Numbered from the stretch's first letter, positions 19,808-30,395 are shown. The stretch is 64,000 bases of DNA from an uncultured Ignavibacteria bacterium (GCA_964617645.1 CAZTYE010000002.1:374648-438647), one strand, 5' to 3'. Translations and numbers: made by a program. The notes: generated from the letters alone by a model not told the origin.

Positions 19808-20752
19808 TCATCCGCGTTCGATAACGGTACCGGCACCGCCGAATACTGCATCCGCCGCTCTCTCAATCGATGTTATCACCACGGTTTGTCCGCCGCGTTT
19901 CAGAAAGTCAATCGCGGCCTCGATCTTTGGGCCCATGCTCCCGCTCGGAAAGTGTCCGTCGCGCAAGTACTGCTCAGCTTGCGTGATCGTGATGCGATCC
20001 AGCAATTGTTGATTTGGTTTGCCGTAATCCAGCGCCACTTTTTCCGTGCCGGTCAAGATAATCAGCATCTCGGCGCCGATCTCGTGCGCCAAAAGCGCGG
20101 AAGCGCGATCTTTGTCGATCACGGCATCGACGCCTTCGAGCGTGCCATCTTTTTCAACGTACACCGGAATCCCGCCGCCACCGGCCGCGATCACGATGAC
20201 ATCCGCTTCGATCAGACGCTTGATGATTGAGCCTTCCACGATGCGCCTCGGAATCGGCGAACCGACGACCCGTCGCCAGCCGCGGCTGGAATCCTCTTTC
20301 ATCGTCCAGCCACGCTCCGTCTGGAACAGCACTGCCTCCTGCTCGGTATAGAATTGCCCGATGAATTTGCTCGGGTTGTTCAATTCCGGATCGTGTTGAT
20401 CGACCTCGATCTGCGTAATGATCGTCATCACTTCGCGCCTGATCCCGTCGCGATGCAGGCGGTTGTACAGCGATTGGCCGATCATATAGCCCATGCCGCC
20501 TTCGGTGTCGGCGACACAGATCCCCAGCGGCAGAATCGGCGCCTTGCTGCGCGCGAGTTCAACCCGCAGGATCGCATTTCCGACCTGCGGGCCATTGCCG
20601 TGCGTGATCGCCAGCTTGTAGCCGCGGCGAATCAGCTCGACAATGCCGTGCAGCGAATGGCGCGTATTCGCAAATTGATTGGCGATCGTGTCTTCGACTT
20701 CCTTGCGGGTGATCGCATTTCCACCCAGCGCCACGACAGCAGTTTTGCCCAT
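19808..20752 (-). CDS. arcC: Carbamate kinase
   Basis: ALGGNA, THGNGPQVG, GWRRVV.SP.P, AVIDKD and GSMGPK motifs. Confidence 0.96.
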   Translation of the reverse strand: MGKTAVVALGGNAITRKEVEDTIANQFANTRHSLHGIVELIRRGYKLAITHGNGPQVGNAILRVELARSKAPILPLGICVADTEGGMGYMIGQSLYNRLHRDGIRREVMTIITQIEVDQHDPELNNPSKFIGQFYTEQEAVLFQTERGWTMKEDSSRGWRRVVGSPIPRRIVEGSIIKRLIEADVIVIAAGGGGIPVYVEKDGTLEGVDAVIDKDRASALLAHEIGAEMLIILTGTEKVALDYGKPNQQLLDRITITQAEQYLRDGHFPSGSMGPKIEAAIDFLKRGGQTVVITSIERAADAVFGGAGTVIERG

Positions 20753-20755
20753 CGG

Positions 20756-22096
20756 CTATTTTCTTCGGCCTTTCTTCAGCTTGCCGACGAAGTCGGTCAA
20801 AAGCTCGCGCAACGTGGGCGAACCGATTTCCTGCAATTCGTAACCGACGCGCGTTGATTTCTGCTTGATCTTGCAGATTCGGCGCAAGTCTATGGGCGTG
20901 CCGATAATTACGCCGTCACACGGCGTCGCGGCAATTGTCGCCTCAAGGTCCTTGATCTGCTTGCCACCATAACCCATCGCCGGCAGCACTTTGCCGATGT
21001 TCGGGTACTTCTCGAAAGTGTCGACCAAAGTGCCTTTGAGGTACGGCCGCGGATCGACGATCTCCGCCGCGCCGAACTTGTGCGCCGCGACCGTGCCGGC
21101 GCCATACTGCATCTCGCCGTGCGTCGCCGTCGGACCGTCTTCGATCACCAGCACCCGCTTGCCGCGAATCACCGCGGCGTCTTCGACATTGATTGGCGAC
21201 GCGCCATCGACGATTACGGCATCGGGGTTGTATTGCTGGATGTTGGCGCGCACGTATTCGATGTACTCGCCGTCGGCGGTATCGATTTTGTTAATCACCA
21301 CGACATCCGCCCAGCGCAGATTGGTTTCGCCGGGATGGTACTGGATTTCGTGACCGGGGCGATGCGGATCGGCGACGGTTATCCACATGTCGGGGCTGTA
21401 GAACGGCATGTCGTTATTGCCGCCGTCCCAGACCACCACGTCGGCTTCCTTTTCCGCCTGACGCAGAATCATCTCATAATCCACGCCCGCATAGATCACC
21501 TGCCCGCGTGAAATGTGCGGCTCGTATTCTTCCATCTCCTCGATCGTGCACTTGTGAAATTCCAAGTCCTTGACCGACGCAAACCGCTGGCAGGCTTGTT
21601 TGGCGATATCTCCATACGGCATCGGATGGCGTACAGCCACAACCTTCATTCCCAGCGCCTTAAGCTCTTCACAAACTTTGCGCGTCGTCTGACTCTTGCC
21701 GGCGCCGGTGCGAACCGCTGCAATCGCAACGACCGGCTTGCTCGATTTGATCATCGTCGCTTTGCCGCCGAGCAAACTGAAATTCGCGCCCGCAGCGAGC
21801 ACCATCGACGCTTTGTGCATCACGTACTCGTGCGACACGTCGGAATACGAGAAGATCACCTCGTCGATGTCGTGTTCCTCGATCAAATCCATCAGATCGT
21901 CTTCGGCATAAATCGGTATCCCCTTCGGGTACAGCGGTCCGGCCAGTTCCTTCGGATATTTGCGGCCTTCGATATCCGGAATCTGCGTGGCCGTAAAACA
22001 CACGACTTCGACTGACCTGTTCCTGCGATAGTAGGTGTTGAAATTATGGAAATCACGTCCGGCTGCCCCCATGATCAGAATTTTCTTCTTCGCCAT
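20756..22096 (-). CDS. arcE: COG2403 P-loop protein, probable arginine synthetase (ArcE-like; often annotated GTPase or cyclic 2,3-diphosphoglycerate synthetase-like)
   Basis: MGAAGRDFHNFN, RTGAGKSQT, RHPMPYG, EEYEPH and DGGNND motifs; 3 nt upstream of arcC; GAGGAG RBS. Confidence 0.65.
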   Translation of the reverse strand: MAKKKILIMGAAGRDFHNFNTYYRRNRSVEVVCFTATQIPDIEGRKYPKELAGPLYPKGIPIYAEDDLMDLIEEHDIDEVIFSYSDVSHEYVMHKASMVLAAGANFSLLGGKATMIKSSKPVVAIAAVRTGAGKSQTTRKVCEELKALGMKVVAVRHPMPYGDIAKQACQRFASVKDLEFHKCTIEEMEEYEPHISRGQVIYAGVDYEMILRQAEKEADVVVWDGGNNDMPFYSPDMWITVADPHRPGHEIQYHPGETNLRWADVVVINKIDTADGEYIEYVRANIQQYNPDAVIVDGASPINVEDAAVIRGKRVLVIEDGPTATHGEMQYGAGTVAAHKFGAAEIVDPRPYLKGTLVDTFEKYPNIGKVLPAMGYGGKQIKDLEATIAATPCDGVIIGTPIDLRRICKIKQKSTRVGYELQEIGSPTLRELLTDFVGKLKKGRRK

Positions 22097-22296
22097 ATCG
22101 TTACTCCTCAATAAGCCTCATGATTCTTGTCCAAAACAAACGTGCGTCTGGTAAGTCGTCATGAGTGGAGTCAGACAGCGGATGCCAGCCAAATGATGTA
22201 GAGGAAATAAGACATCACTCGCTGGCGCGGGCAGTATGGTTTTGTGTGAAGCAACATAGTCTTGTCTCGGCCGCTATTCCCGAGTTGTCTTGCTCA

Positions 22297-22320
22297 TCAT
22301 TCCGGCAAGAACCGGAATCC
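22297..22320. repeat. TCATTCCGG-N6-CCGGAATCC palindrome (sibling at 55761..55787)
   Basis: TCATTCCGGCAAGAACCGGAATCC versus GTCATTCCGGCGAAAGCCGGAATCC. Confidence 0.55.
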
Positions 22321-22376
22321 GGAATCGTGAGCGCAAATCTACTCGCCCAGTGCCCCATCCGTCAGGGTGGGACTCG

Positions 22377-23861
22377 TCACGCGTCTATCTGCGCGCGCTG
22401 CAGCGTCCCGGAGAAGTCGACATAGACCGACTTCCACTCGGAAAACACATCCAGCGCCTGATGACCGGCTTCGCGGTGGCCGTTCCCGGTCGCTTTCGTT
22501 CCGCCAAACGGAAGATGCACTTCCGCGCCGATCGTCGGGCTGTTCACATAGAAAATACCGGTATAAACATCCCGCATCGCCGTGAATGCCTCGTTGATGT
22601 CCTGAGTATAGATCGAAGCCGACAACCCGTAGTCAGAGTCGTTAGCCATCTCAATCGCATTGGTTAGCGACTCGCACATCGCGATTGACAGCACCGGCCC
22701 AAACACCTCTTCTTGCCACAAGCGCATCGACTGGGTGACATCCGCGAAGATCGTCGGCTGGACAAAGAAACCCTTGTCATAGGCGCCACCAGTCAAGCGT
22801 TCACCACCACACATCAACTTGGCGCCACCCTGCTTGCCGATCTCGATGTACTTCAGATCAGTTTCAAGTTGGCTTTGATTGACCGCCGGCCCCATGTCAA
22901 CGTTCGGATCAAGCCCGTTGCCGACCCGCAGCTTCTTGGCGCGCTCAACCAGACCGTCGATGAATTTGTTGTACACATCCTTATGCACGATAATCCGCGA
23001 CGTCGCCGTGCAACGCTGGCCTGTGGTGCCGAATGCGCCCCAAAGCGCGCCATCGATCGCCAAATCGAGCTTTGCCGAAGGCATGATCATCATGGCATTC
23101 TTGCCGCCCATCTCCAGCGAACAATGCTTGAAATCGGGCGCACAGGCCTTAGAAACTACTTGCCCGATCTCCGAAGAACCGGTGAAAGACACCACCTTGA
23201 TCTCCGGGTGGTGCATCAACGGATCACCGACTCCGGAGCCGGTGCCGGTCACCATGTTCACCACACCCTTGGGCATGCCGGCCTCTTCCATTGTCTTGAC
23301 GAAGTTGACCACACTCAGGGGGGTATCAGTAGCCGGTTTGATAACCACCGTGTTACCACAAACGAGAGCCGGGATCATCTTCCATGAGGGGATCGCCATC
23401 GGGAAGTTCCAGGGGGTAATCATCGCGCAAACTCCGAGGGGCTGGCGTACCGACATCTGGAACTTGTTGGGCAGCTCGGACGGCGTAGTCTGGCCGTGCA
23501 ATCTGCGACCCTCGCCGGCAGTGAAATAGGAAATATCAATCGCCTCCTGGACGTCACCTCGCGTCTCGTTGAGCACCTTGCCCATTTCGCGCGTCATGTC
23601 GTTCGCGTACTTTTCCTTGCGTTCGACGAGAAGTTGAGCGACGCGGTAGAGAATTTCCGCCCGTTTTGGCGCCGGCACCAGGCGCCACTTCTTGAAGGCC
23701 TGTTTGGCGGCCAAAACGGCTGCTTCAACATCGGACTTGTCGGATTTCTGGAACACCCCGACTACTTCATCGGTATTTGCCGGGTTACGGTTTTCGAATG
23801 TCTGACCGGTGCGCGAAGCCACCCACTCCCCGTTTATGTAGTTCTTGTAAACTTCAGCCAC
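22377..23861 (-). CDS. NAD(P)-dependent aldehyde dehydrogenase
   Basis: [24 protein letters not shown] and EEVFGP motifs. Confidence 0.95.
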   Translation of the reverse strand: MAEVYKNYINGEWVASRTGQTFENRNPANTDEVVGVFQKSDKSDVEAAVLAAKQAFKKWRLVPAPKRAEILYRVAQLLVERKEKYANDMTREMGKVLNETRGDVQEAIDISYFTAGEGRRLHGQTTPSELPNKFQMSVRQPLGVCAMITPWNFPMAIPSWKMIPALVCGNTVVIKPATDTPLSVVNFVKTMEEAGMPKGVVNMVTGTGSGVGDPLMHHPEIKVVSFTGSSEIGQVVSKACAPDFKHCSLEMGGKNAMMIMPSAKLDLAIDGALWGAFGTTGQRCTATSRIIVHKDVYNKFIDGLVERAKKLRVGNGLDPNVDMGPAVNQSQLETDLKYIEIGKQGGAKLMCGGERLTGGAYDKGFFVQPTIFADVTQSMRLWQEEVFGPVLSIAMCESLTNAIEMANDSDYGLSASIYTQDINEAFTAMRDVYTGIFYVNSPTIGAEVHLPFGGTKATGNGHREAGHQALDVFSEWKSVYVDFSGTLQRAQIDA

Positions 23862-23901
23862 AATTCCTCCCGAAGTGAATTTCTCAGATCCCGGTGGTGA
23901 T

Positions 23902-23919
23902 TCGTGAATTTTTTCACTT
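23902..23919. promoter_or_regulatory. Rex/CRP-like imperfect palindrome upstream of the aldehyde dehydrogenase
   Basis: TCGTGAATTTTTTCACTT, resembling TTGTGA-N6-TCACAA. Confidence 0.4.
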
Positions 23920-24241
23920 CACCCGACCCGTAGAATGTTGAAAAATAAAGCGATAATGACCTAAACGTCAACCGGTTTTGTTATGAATGTGCACTTTTCG
24001 GAGCCTCAGGGTCGAAAAATCGGCGGGTGCAAGCAATCACGATCTGCAGGTAGCGAACCACCAGGGCATTCTGGTAGTTATCTTCACCTGAGACATCTGG
24101 GTACCAATGACTTCTTGATCTCGGTTGCCATCTCGATAAGTCACTAAGAGAGAACGAATTATGAAGTCGTTCCTTCGGATAGTGAGGAGCACTAACTTGA
24201 ATTCAGGCGGTGCCTTCACCGAACGGTGAGTCAAGCCGTTT

Positions 24242-24778
24242 TCATTCAAACCCGACGGCCAGTGGTTTGAGCAAGCGGCGGTCGAGGTCCCGCGGGAAAC
24301 CGATCGGAAATCTCGCGTAGCGTGACAGCTCACGAATCTTCCCGGAATCGGCGCGTTCATGTCCTGATTTCGATTGCGCGCTGGCCGAAACCGATCCCAC
24401 GAGAATCCAAACCGGCGCCGAGACCAGCAGGATGAATCCGTGCGAGATGGTGGAGGCGGTGCCGAGGATTGTCCAGGTCATCGGCATTCCATAATTGGAA
24501 TCAAACCATTGCAGGTGCAACTTACTGACCTCGCTCACCGCCATCGACTGCAATCCATCTGCTGTTAGCACGTGAATCGAATCAGCGTTGACTGCGATGA
24601 GTTCGCCTTCCAGCTCCATGGCGTCGCCGCTGTCCGGTGTCCACACTTGCGTCCAAGCACCGAAGGCCGTTCGTTCAGAATTTTCGAGATTTTTTCGCCA
24701 ACCGCTCGGTGCGATCGTCGCGGTGCAGGATGCCAGCACAACCGCCAGCACGAGACTAATGAGTGCTTGTGCGCGCAT
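24242..24778 (-). CDS. Hypothetical lipoprotein
   Basis: LASC lipobox; hydrophobic glycine-rich hairpin; overlaps the upstream gene end. Confidence 0.75.
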   Translation of the reverse strand: MRAQALISLVLAVVLASCTATIAPSGWRKNLENSERTAFGAWTQVWTPDSGDAMELEGELIAVNADSIHVLTADGLQSMAVSEVSKLHLQWFDSNYGMPMTWTILGTASTISHGFILLVSAPVWILVGSVSASAQSKSGHERADSGKIRELSRYARFPIGFPRDLDRRLLKPLAVGFE

Positions 24779-26303
24779 AGCGACTGCTCCAGAAATATCT
24801 TTCTAAATCGGCTTCGACTCGTTTGTAGCGCGGCGCCATCAGCCGCAGCGCAACTTCCGGCTGGCGCAGCATGGCGATGGCCATCTGCTGATCGTCCTCT
24901 TGCAGCCAGTCTTCACGCATCCACTCAAGGTAATACCCGCGGCTCTCGAGAAAGTATTCGTAGCTTCCGGCCGGTTGGGGCAGTGCATAGATAAGTTCGA
25001 CGGTGTCGCCGGGCAGCGTGACCAGAGTTTTGTTCGAGTCGCAGAGGCTCTGCAGATCGACCTCAGATTCAACGCCATTGCGCAAGACTTTCGACGGATT
25101 GATTCTCACCGGAGATACGCGGTTGCCCAACTCAACCAGCTCGACTTGGTCGAAGCGGTAGTAGCCTTTGGTGAAACGCAGCATCACCCGCTGAACCGGA
25201 CGGTCAATGGCGCCCAAGCACACCAGATGCATGTCGGTTGCCAGCGGCCCCGTCTCACGCACGACGCCAACACTCAACCACCCGGTTGCCGAGTCCGGAA
25301 TACATACTTCGATATTTCCCAGTCTCTCGCCGGACGATTCGAACCCCGCCAGCGAGCTTCGGCCCTGCCGCTGCAGTGCGGCGAAATAGTCTCCGACATT
25401 GTTCCCCATGTAGGCCAGCGTCTGGTAAAACAGAAAGGTGGAAAGCAACGTCTGCCGGCAAGCCATCGCCACGCCCAGGTTTCCGCTGCGGGGAGTTTCA
25501 AACTCGACGATGACCGAATCGCGCGCCCCCAGATCGATCGAGTCGGCCGAAGTGAACCACTCGCTGCCGTCGAATGAAGCGATCTTCGCGGCTGCGCCGG
25601 GATCGCTCCCGAATCGGGAGCAGCTCGAGTGGGCTTGGGTCGTCCAGAATTCGCCGGCCGCCGTCGCGAGAACGCGTTGACCTTGCGGTTTCGGCGCAGC
25701 CAGAAGATCAGCGTAGCGCACGACATGCGTCTCGTAGGCCTCGTTCGTCATCACCAGCTTTGCTTCTTGACCATCGAAGCCGGCCCGGTGCAGCGCATCA
25801 ATGTCTGCGCGTTCAAGAACCGGCGCGACACTCGAAGAGAACCCCTCCGCTTGCAGCAGCAGCGAATCGCCATCCTCGGTATAAAACGTCGGGCACGAAC
25901 CAAAGCAGGCCTTGGGATCGGCGATGCACACGATCGTCACCGCCAGTGAAGCGATGGTCACGAGCGAGAGCGCGGCAACGGCTCCGGACGGAACGCGTCT
26001 ATTTGTCTCGAAAATCGCCACCGAGTCGATTCCGAGAACGTAGCTGCCGGAGTCCAGTAGTTCGCGATCAAAATCGAGGTGAACGCCATTCCCTTCAACT
26101 TGTGTTTCGCCTGCGACAACGCTCCAATTCTGGAGGATGAACACATCACCGGCCACCATATGAACCTTCAAATATGTCGATCTGCCGTCCAGATGTCGGG
26201 CATCGTTACGCAGCGTTAACGTGCGTTCGTAATTACTGAAGCAGCCGTAGGCAAAAGCAAGCAGTGCAAGCAGCGGCAGTCCGCGAACGAAAGTAGAGAG
26301 CAT
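24756..26303 (-). CDS. Hypothetical lipoprotein with a CIADPKACFGSCPTFY Cys motif
   Basis: AYGC lipobox, an internal hydrophobic helix, then GSCP; GGAGG RBS. Confidence 0.8.
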   Translation of the reverse strand: MLSTFVRGLPLLALLAFAYGCFSNYERTLTLRNDARHLDGRSTYLKVHMVAGDVFILQNWSVVAGETQVEGNGVHLDFDRELLDSGSYVLGIDSVAIFETNRRVPSGAVAALSLVTIASLAVTIVCIADPKACFGSCPTFYTEDGDSLLLQAEGFSSSVAPVLERADIDALHRAGFDGQEAKLVMTNEAYETHVVRYADLLAAPKPQGQRVLATAAGEFWTTQAHSSCSRFGSDPGAAAKIASFDGSEWFTSADSIDLGARDSVIVEFETPRSGNLGVAMACRQTLLSTFLFYQTLAYMGNNVGDYFAALQRQGRSSLAGFESSGERLGNIEVCIPDSATGWLSVGVVRETGPLATDMHLVCLGAIDRPVQRVMLRFTKGYYRFDQVELVELGNRVSPVRINPSKVLRNGVESEVDLQSLCDSNKTLVTLPGDTVELIYALPQPAGSYEYFLESRGYYLEWMREDWLQEDDQQMAIAMLRQPEVALRLMAPRYKRVEADLERYFWSSRYARTSTH

Positions 26304-26501
26304 TCGGCGCCTCCGGGAATCAACGACCTCGAAATCACCGGGAGATGTCGGGTTAACTACTCTAATCTATACATAATCATCAACAATGCAAACTAAATTC
26401 AGCGTCGCCACCGCGAAAGGAGCATGTAGGGTCGCCGGCGTCCGCAGCTAGCCACTGGTTGCGGCATGCGATCTTGACGGTGCCCAAGCGGCAAAAACCG
26501 A

Positions 26502-26530
26502 TTGACCTTAATCACCCGCGTTGATACCAT
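26502..26530 (+). promoter_or_regulatory. Sigma70-type promoter of the gcvT operon
   Basis: TTGACC-17 nt-TACCAT. Confidence 0.55.
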
Positions 26531-26568
26531 GAAAGAAATGGTTATTACTTTCGCAATCGAGATTCATC

Positions 26569-27666
26569 ATGAGTAACGTCAAATACACTCCGTTCCGGAA
26601 ATGTCACGAAGCTGTCGGCGCCAAGATCGTCGAATTCGCCGGCTATTGGATGCCGATTCAATACCATTCGATCAACAACGAACATCTCAGGGTTCGCCAA
26701 AGCGTTGGCATTTTCGATCTCTCCCACATGGGCGAGTTCTTCGTTCGCGGCGCCGGCGCTCTGGACTTTATCCAGAGGGTGACAACCAACGATGCCGCCG
26801 CGCTGAAGATGCACCAAGTGCAATACTCCGCCCTTTGTTATCCGCATGGTGGTATCGTCGATGACCTGTTGGTCTATCGGCTGCCCGATGAGTACATGCT
26901 GGTCGTCAATGCCGCTAACATCGATAAAGACTTCAGTTGGCTGCTGAAGCACAAACCGGCGGGTGTCGAACTGGTTAATCGTTCCGACGAAATCGGGCTG
27001 CTGGCGATACAGGGTCCGAAAGCGGAAGCCGTCATCCGCAAACTCGCCCCATTCGATTACGACAAGCTCGGCTACTATGAATCGGCTCACGCCGTGTTCT
27101 GCGGCAAAGAAACTCTCTTCAGCCGCACTGGTTATACCGGCGAGGACGGCTTCGAAATCTACTGCGAACCGTCTATTGCCGAGGCGCTCTGGGACCAAAC
27201 CATGGAAGCCGGAAAAGAATTCGGCATCGAACCGATCGGCCTCGGCGCGCGCGACAGCCTGCGTCTGGAAATGCGTTATATGCTCTATGGCAACGACATC
27301 GATCAGACGACGAACCCAATCGAAGCCTCATTAGGCTGGATTTGCAAGCTTGAGAAAGGCGACTTCGTCGGCAAGGCTCCGATTCAGGCGATGAAGGACG
27401 GCAAGCCGCCGCGGCGGCTTCAGTCATTGGTATTGAAAGATAAAGCCATACCCCGTCACGGTTACGATATCTTCGTTGCCGATACCAAAGTTGGTGCGGT
27501 TACTTCCGGCTGCTTCAGTCCGTCGGTCGGACAGGGTATCGCACTCGGCTACATTGACCGCGACTATGGCAAAGTCGGTGACACCGTCGAAATCGACGTT
27601 CGCGGCAAGCGCGTCGCCGCCGAAGTCATCAAAGGCGCATTTTACAGAAACGCTACCCACAAATAG
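26569..27666 (+). CDS. gcvT: Glycine cleavage system aminomethyltransferase T
   Basis: FAGYWMPIQY, FDLSHMGE, SRTGYTGEDGFE and GLGARDSLRLE motifs. Confidence 0.97.
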   Translation: MSNVKYTPFRKCHEAVGAKIVEFAGYWMPIQYHSINNEHLRVRQSVGIFDLSHMGEFFVRGAGALDFIQRVTTNDAAALKMHQVQYSALCYPHGGIVDDLLVYRLPDEYMLVVNAANIDKDFSWLLKHKPAGVELVNRSDEIGLLAIQGPKAEAVIRKLAPFDYDKLGYYESAHAVFCGKETLFSRTGYTGEDGFEIYCEPSIAEALWDQTMEAGKEFGIEPIGLGARDSLRLEMRYMLYGNDIDQTTNPIEASLGWICKLEKGDFVGKAPIQAMKDGKPPRRLQSLVLKDKAIPRHGYDIFVADTKVGAVTSGCFSPSVGQGIALGYIDRDYGKVGDTVEIDVRGKRVAAEVIKGAFYRNATHK

Positions 27667-27677
27667 GAGGGGGACAG

Positions 27678-28424
27678 GTGATCGTTAAGTTGTACTTTAC
27701 ACCCACGCCGGTTACCGAGGCGAAAATCCGCGGCCGGATTGCGGTGATGATTGATGTGCTGCGCGCATCGACTTCGATCTGCACGGCGATTGCCTCCGGC
27801 TGCCGAGAAATCGTGCCGGTGGCGGCCAGCGGCGATGCCGCCGCGCTGCGCGCCACCATCGGGCGCGGCGTCGTGCTGCTCTGCGGCGAGCGCGACGGCC
27901 ACAAGATCGAAGGTTTCGACCTCGGCAACTCGCCCTCGGAATACACCGAGGATGTCGTGCGCGACAAGGCCCTGATTTTTTCCTCGACGAACGGTTCGCG
28001 CGCTCTGCTCAAATGCGCCGCCGCCGCGCAGGTGTTTGTCTGTGGATTTGTCAATCTCTCGACTATTGCCGAGAAGATTCTTGCTGCACAAAAGGACGTC
28101 GCCATCGTCTGTGCCGGTAGACAGGGCAACTTCTCGTTGGAAGACACCTTTGCCGGTGGCGCCCTGATCGAGAAGCTCATTGCTTCCGGGAGCTTTCAGG
28201 CCGACAACGATGCGGCGCAATTGGCGCACATGGTGTATAAGAATCGCGACGACGACATCGAAACGGTGATAAGCCGCACCGACCATGCACGCTACCTGCG
28301 CGAATTGGGTTATGCGGCCGACATCATCGCCGCCGCCGCGGTCGACACGATTCCGGTTGCGCCGGTCTTGCACGGCAGCAAGATAGTCGATCTCGAGAAA
28401 CAGAAAGTCGAGGGAGTTGTTTGA
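27678..28424 (+). CDS. comB: 2-phosphosulfolactate phosphatase family protein
   Basis: IDVLRASTSI, GERDG, GNSP, STNG and SLEDT motifs. Confidence 0.9.
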   Translation: MIVKLYFTPTPVTEAKIRGRIAVMIDVLRASTSICTAIASGCREIVPVAASGDAAALRATIGRGVVLLCGERDGHKIEGFDLGNSPSEYTEDVVRDKALIFSSTNGSRALLKCAAAAQVFVCGFVNLSTIAEKILAAQKDVAIVCAGRQGNFSLEDTFAGGALIEKLIASGSFQADNDAAQLAHMVYKNRDDDIETVISRTDHARYLRELGYAADIIAAAAVDTIPVAPVLHGSKIVDLEKQKVEGVV

Positions 28425-30307
28425 AGTTTGTTCACGGATTGATTTTCGTCTTACTATTCGACTTCCTACTCACCGCACAATCATTACCGGCTTCCTCCAA
28501 GGCGATCCACTTTACGTGCTCATTTTTGGAGCGCGTAGCAGGAAGCTCGTGGCAGACGGCCGACGAGCGTCGGTTTCTCGCGCCGATCGACTCTCATTTC
28601 TATTTCTCGATGGGAAATTTCAGCTACCGACTGCAGGCTGCCGTCGTACAAGACACCGTCATCCAACTAAGCTCGCAGGTTAACTGTCTTGATGATCGTC
28701 CCCGCAATTTCTTCCAACAGAATATCGTCTTTCGCGGCGCATCGGTGTTTTTCGACTCGGCCCTCACGCGTGGGCAGTCGGTCTACCGCATCAAGCTCAC
28801 CTTTGATTCGTTGTCGGCCTGGCGCAGCGATTGTGATCTCGCGTTTGGCGGCGACAATTTTGCCTCCGATCCGTCGGGCGATTTTGATTTTTACTACGTC
28901 AAGCGCTCGCTCGGCGATTTCCGCTGGAATGAAATTCGCGACGCCTTCGAAAACGACCTCAACGGCTTTATCGAACGCTATGCCGTGAGCGACCGCACCA
29001 AGACTAATTTTTACATTTGCCCCTGCCCGGTCACTGATGTCGGTTGGGATCCGCGCTGGAACAACGCCTACGACTACTCGCGCCAGAATGTGTTCGCACA
29101 CTTTGAACACGGCGTCAACGACTTGCATCCCGAGGTCGTGTACATGACGCGCTTGATGCGGATTCACGGTTACGCGCCGGCGTTCCTTCTCGAAGGCCTG
29201 TGTTCAAGTTTGGATTACGCCGAGATCTTCATCCGCGACGCTCTCCGTAAGAACAAGCTTCCCGATATTGCGTCACTCGGAGTCTCCCGCCAGTATCGTG
29301 CGGTGGCGCGCGACACGTCGCTCTACATCTCGGGCTCGTTCGTGAATTACCTGTTCAATACTTTCGGCCGGGGCAAGCTGCTCCAATGGTATCAAACGGC
29401 GACCGATCTGACCTTTGCCGAGAGCTTCACCGCTGTCTACGGCAAGCCGTTGGCCGAGGTGACGGCGGACTGGAAGAAGTACGTCCTCGCTACGCCTCCG
29501 AAACTCGGCGCGCTTTCGTATTTCGCGACGCGCGCGCAGACTTTCCTGAAGCTCCCCGAGCAGCTCATCTACGCCAATACGGGGTATGCAGAACTGAAAG
29601 ACACGGCTTGGGCCCCGCGCCTGCTTACCAGCCTGCATTTCACTTTTGGCGATTTCAAGAAAGCCGCGCAGTATGCGGGCGAGTTGGCGCGGCTCAACCC
29701 GCAAGATGCGGGAATGCGCCAAATGTACGCCAACATGCTCTTCGCCGCCGGCAATCTCGACAGCGCCGCACTCCTGTACAGCGACGTAATCGAAAATGAC
29801 ACCGCCAGCTATCAATCGGCGGCGCGGCTGGCGCAAATTGACCAGATCCGCGGTCGCCATGAGCGGGCCATCGAGTTGCTTCGCCGGGCGCGCGAGAGTA
29901 CCGGCAACCCCGGCTTCCAAGTCGATTACGATATCGCCATCGGCGACAGTTATGCCGCTCTCGGACAGCGCGACACCTCATGGAGCTACTACCAGCGCGC
30001 GCTGGACATGGGCAAGCAGCTTGCCGCGGCGTACAACAACAATCCGCTGCACCACCTCCGCACCGGCCGCGCCGCGCTGCGGTTGGGTTCACTGGAGGTC
30101 GCGCAGGAATATCTCAATACGGCGCTATTTCTCGAAGAGCGGATGTTCTATATCGGCCAGATTTTGCTCGCTTCCGCTCAAGTCGCCGACTTGCGCAAGG
30201 ACCGCAAGGAAGCCATCGCGCTCTACAAGGAACTCTTGACCTTGCCGACCGCGTACGCCGACCGACAACAGGCGCAAGCCTATCTAAAAAAGCCGTACCA
30301 GAACTAA
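28421..30307 (+). CDS. Exported TPR protein with a degenerate peptidase-MA-like domain
   Basis: Signal peptide; P.FL.EGL and SGSFVNYL...G...L gluzincin-like segment; C-terminal TPR repeats. Confidence 0.75.
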   Translation: MKFVHGLIFVLLFDFLLTAQSLPASSKAIHFTCSFLERVAGSSWQTADERRFLAPIDSHFYFSMGNFSYRLQAAVVQDTVIQLSSQVNCLDDRPRNFFQQNIVFRGASVFFDSALTRGQSVYRIKLTFDSLSAWRSDCDLAFGGDNFASDPSGDFDFYYVKRSLGDFRWNEIRDAFENDLNGFIERYAVSDRTKTNFYICPCPVTDVGWDPRWNNAYDYSRQNVFAHFEHGVNDLHPEVVYMTRLMRIHGYAPAFLLEGLCSSLDYAEIFIRDALRKNKLPDIASLGVSRQYRAVARDTSLYISGSFVNYLFNTFGRGKLLQWYQTATDLTFAESFTAVYGKPLAEVTADWKKYVLATPPKLGALSYFATRAQTFLKLPEQLIYANTGYAELKDTAWAPRLLTSLHFTFGDFKKAAQYAGELARLNPQDAGMRQMYANMLFAAGNLDSAALLYSDVIENDTASYQSAARLAQIDQIRGRHERAIELLRRARESTGNPGFQVDYDIAIGDSYAALGQRDTSWSYYQRALDMGKQLAAAYNNNPLHHLRTGRAALRLGSLEVAQEYLNTALFLEERMFYIGQILLASAQVADLRKDRKEAIALYKELLTLPTAYADRQQAQAYLKKPYQN

Positions 30308-30395
30308 TCAGCAGTTGCATCGTACAAGCTCTTGGCTTAATTGAGACGCGCTTCGCTGCGCCGGTCGACCCTTTAACCGAGAGAATGCCGACGAA

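Noticed and set aside
19807-19866. 59-nt overlap of the cca ORF with arcC
   Set aside because: An ATG at 19806 directly after the arcC stop gives a normal coupled start.
24037-24360. 107 aa ORF or possible ncRNA in the AT-richer gap
   Set aside because: The ORF overlaps the lipoprotein out of frame and has no motifs; only weak short hairpins were seen.
26304-26568. Glycine riboswitch upstream of gcvT
   Set aside because: No GGAGA...CCGAAG...CTCAGG aptamer pattern, and the predicted promoter leaves only about 30 nt of leader.
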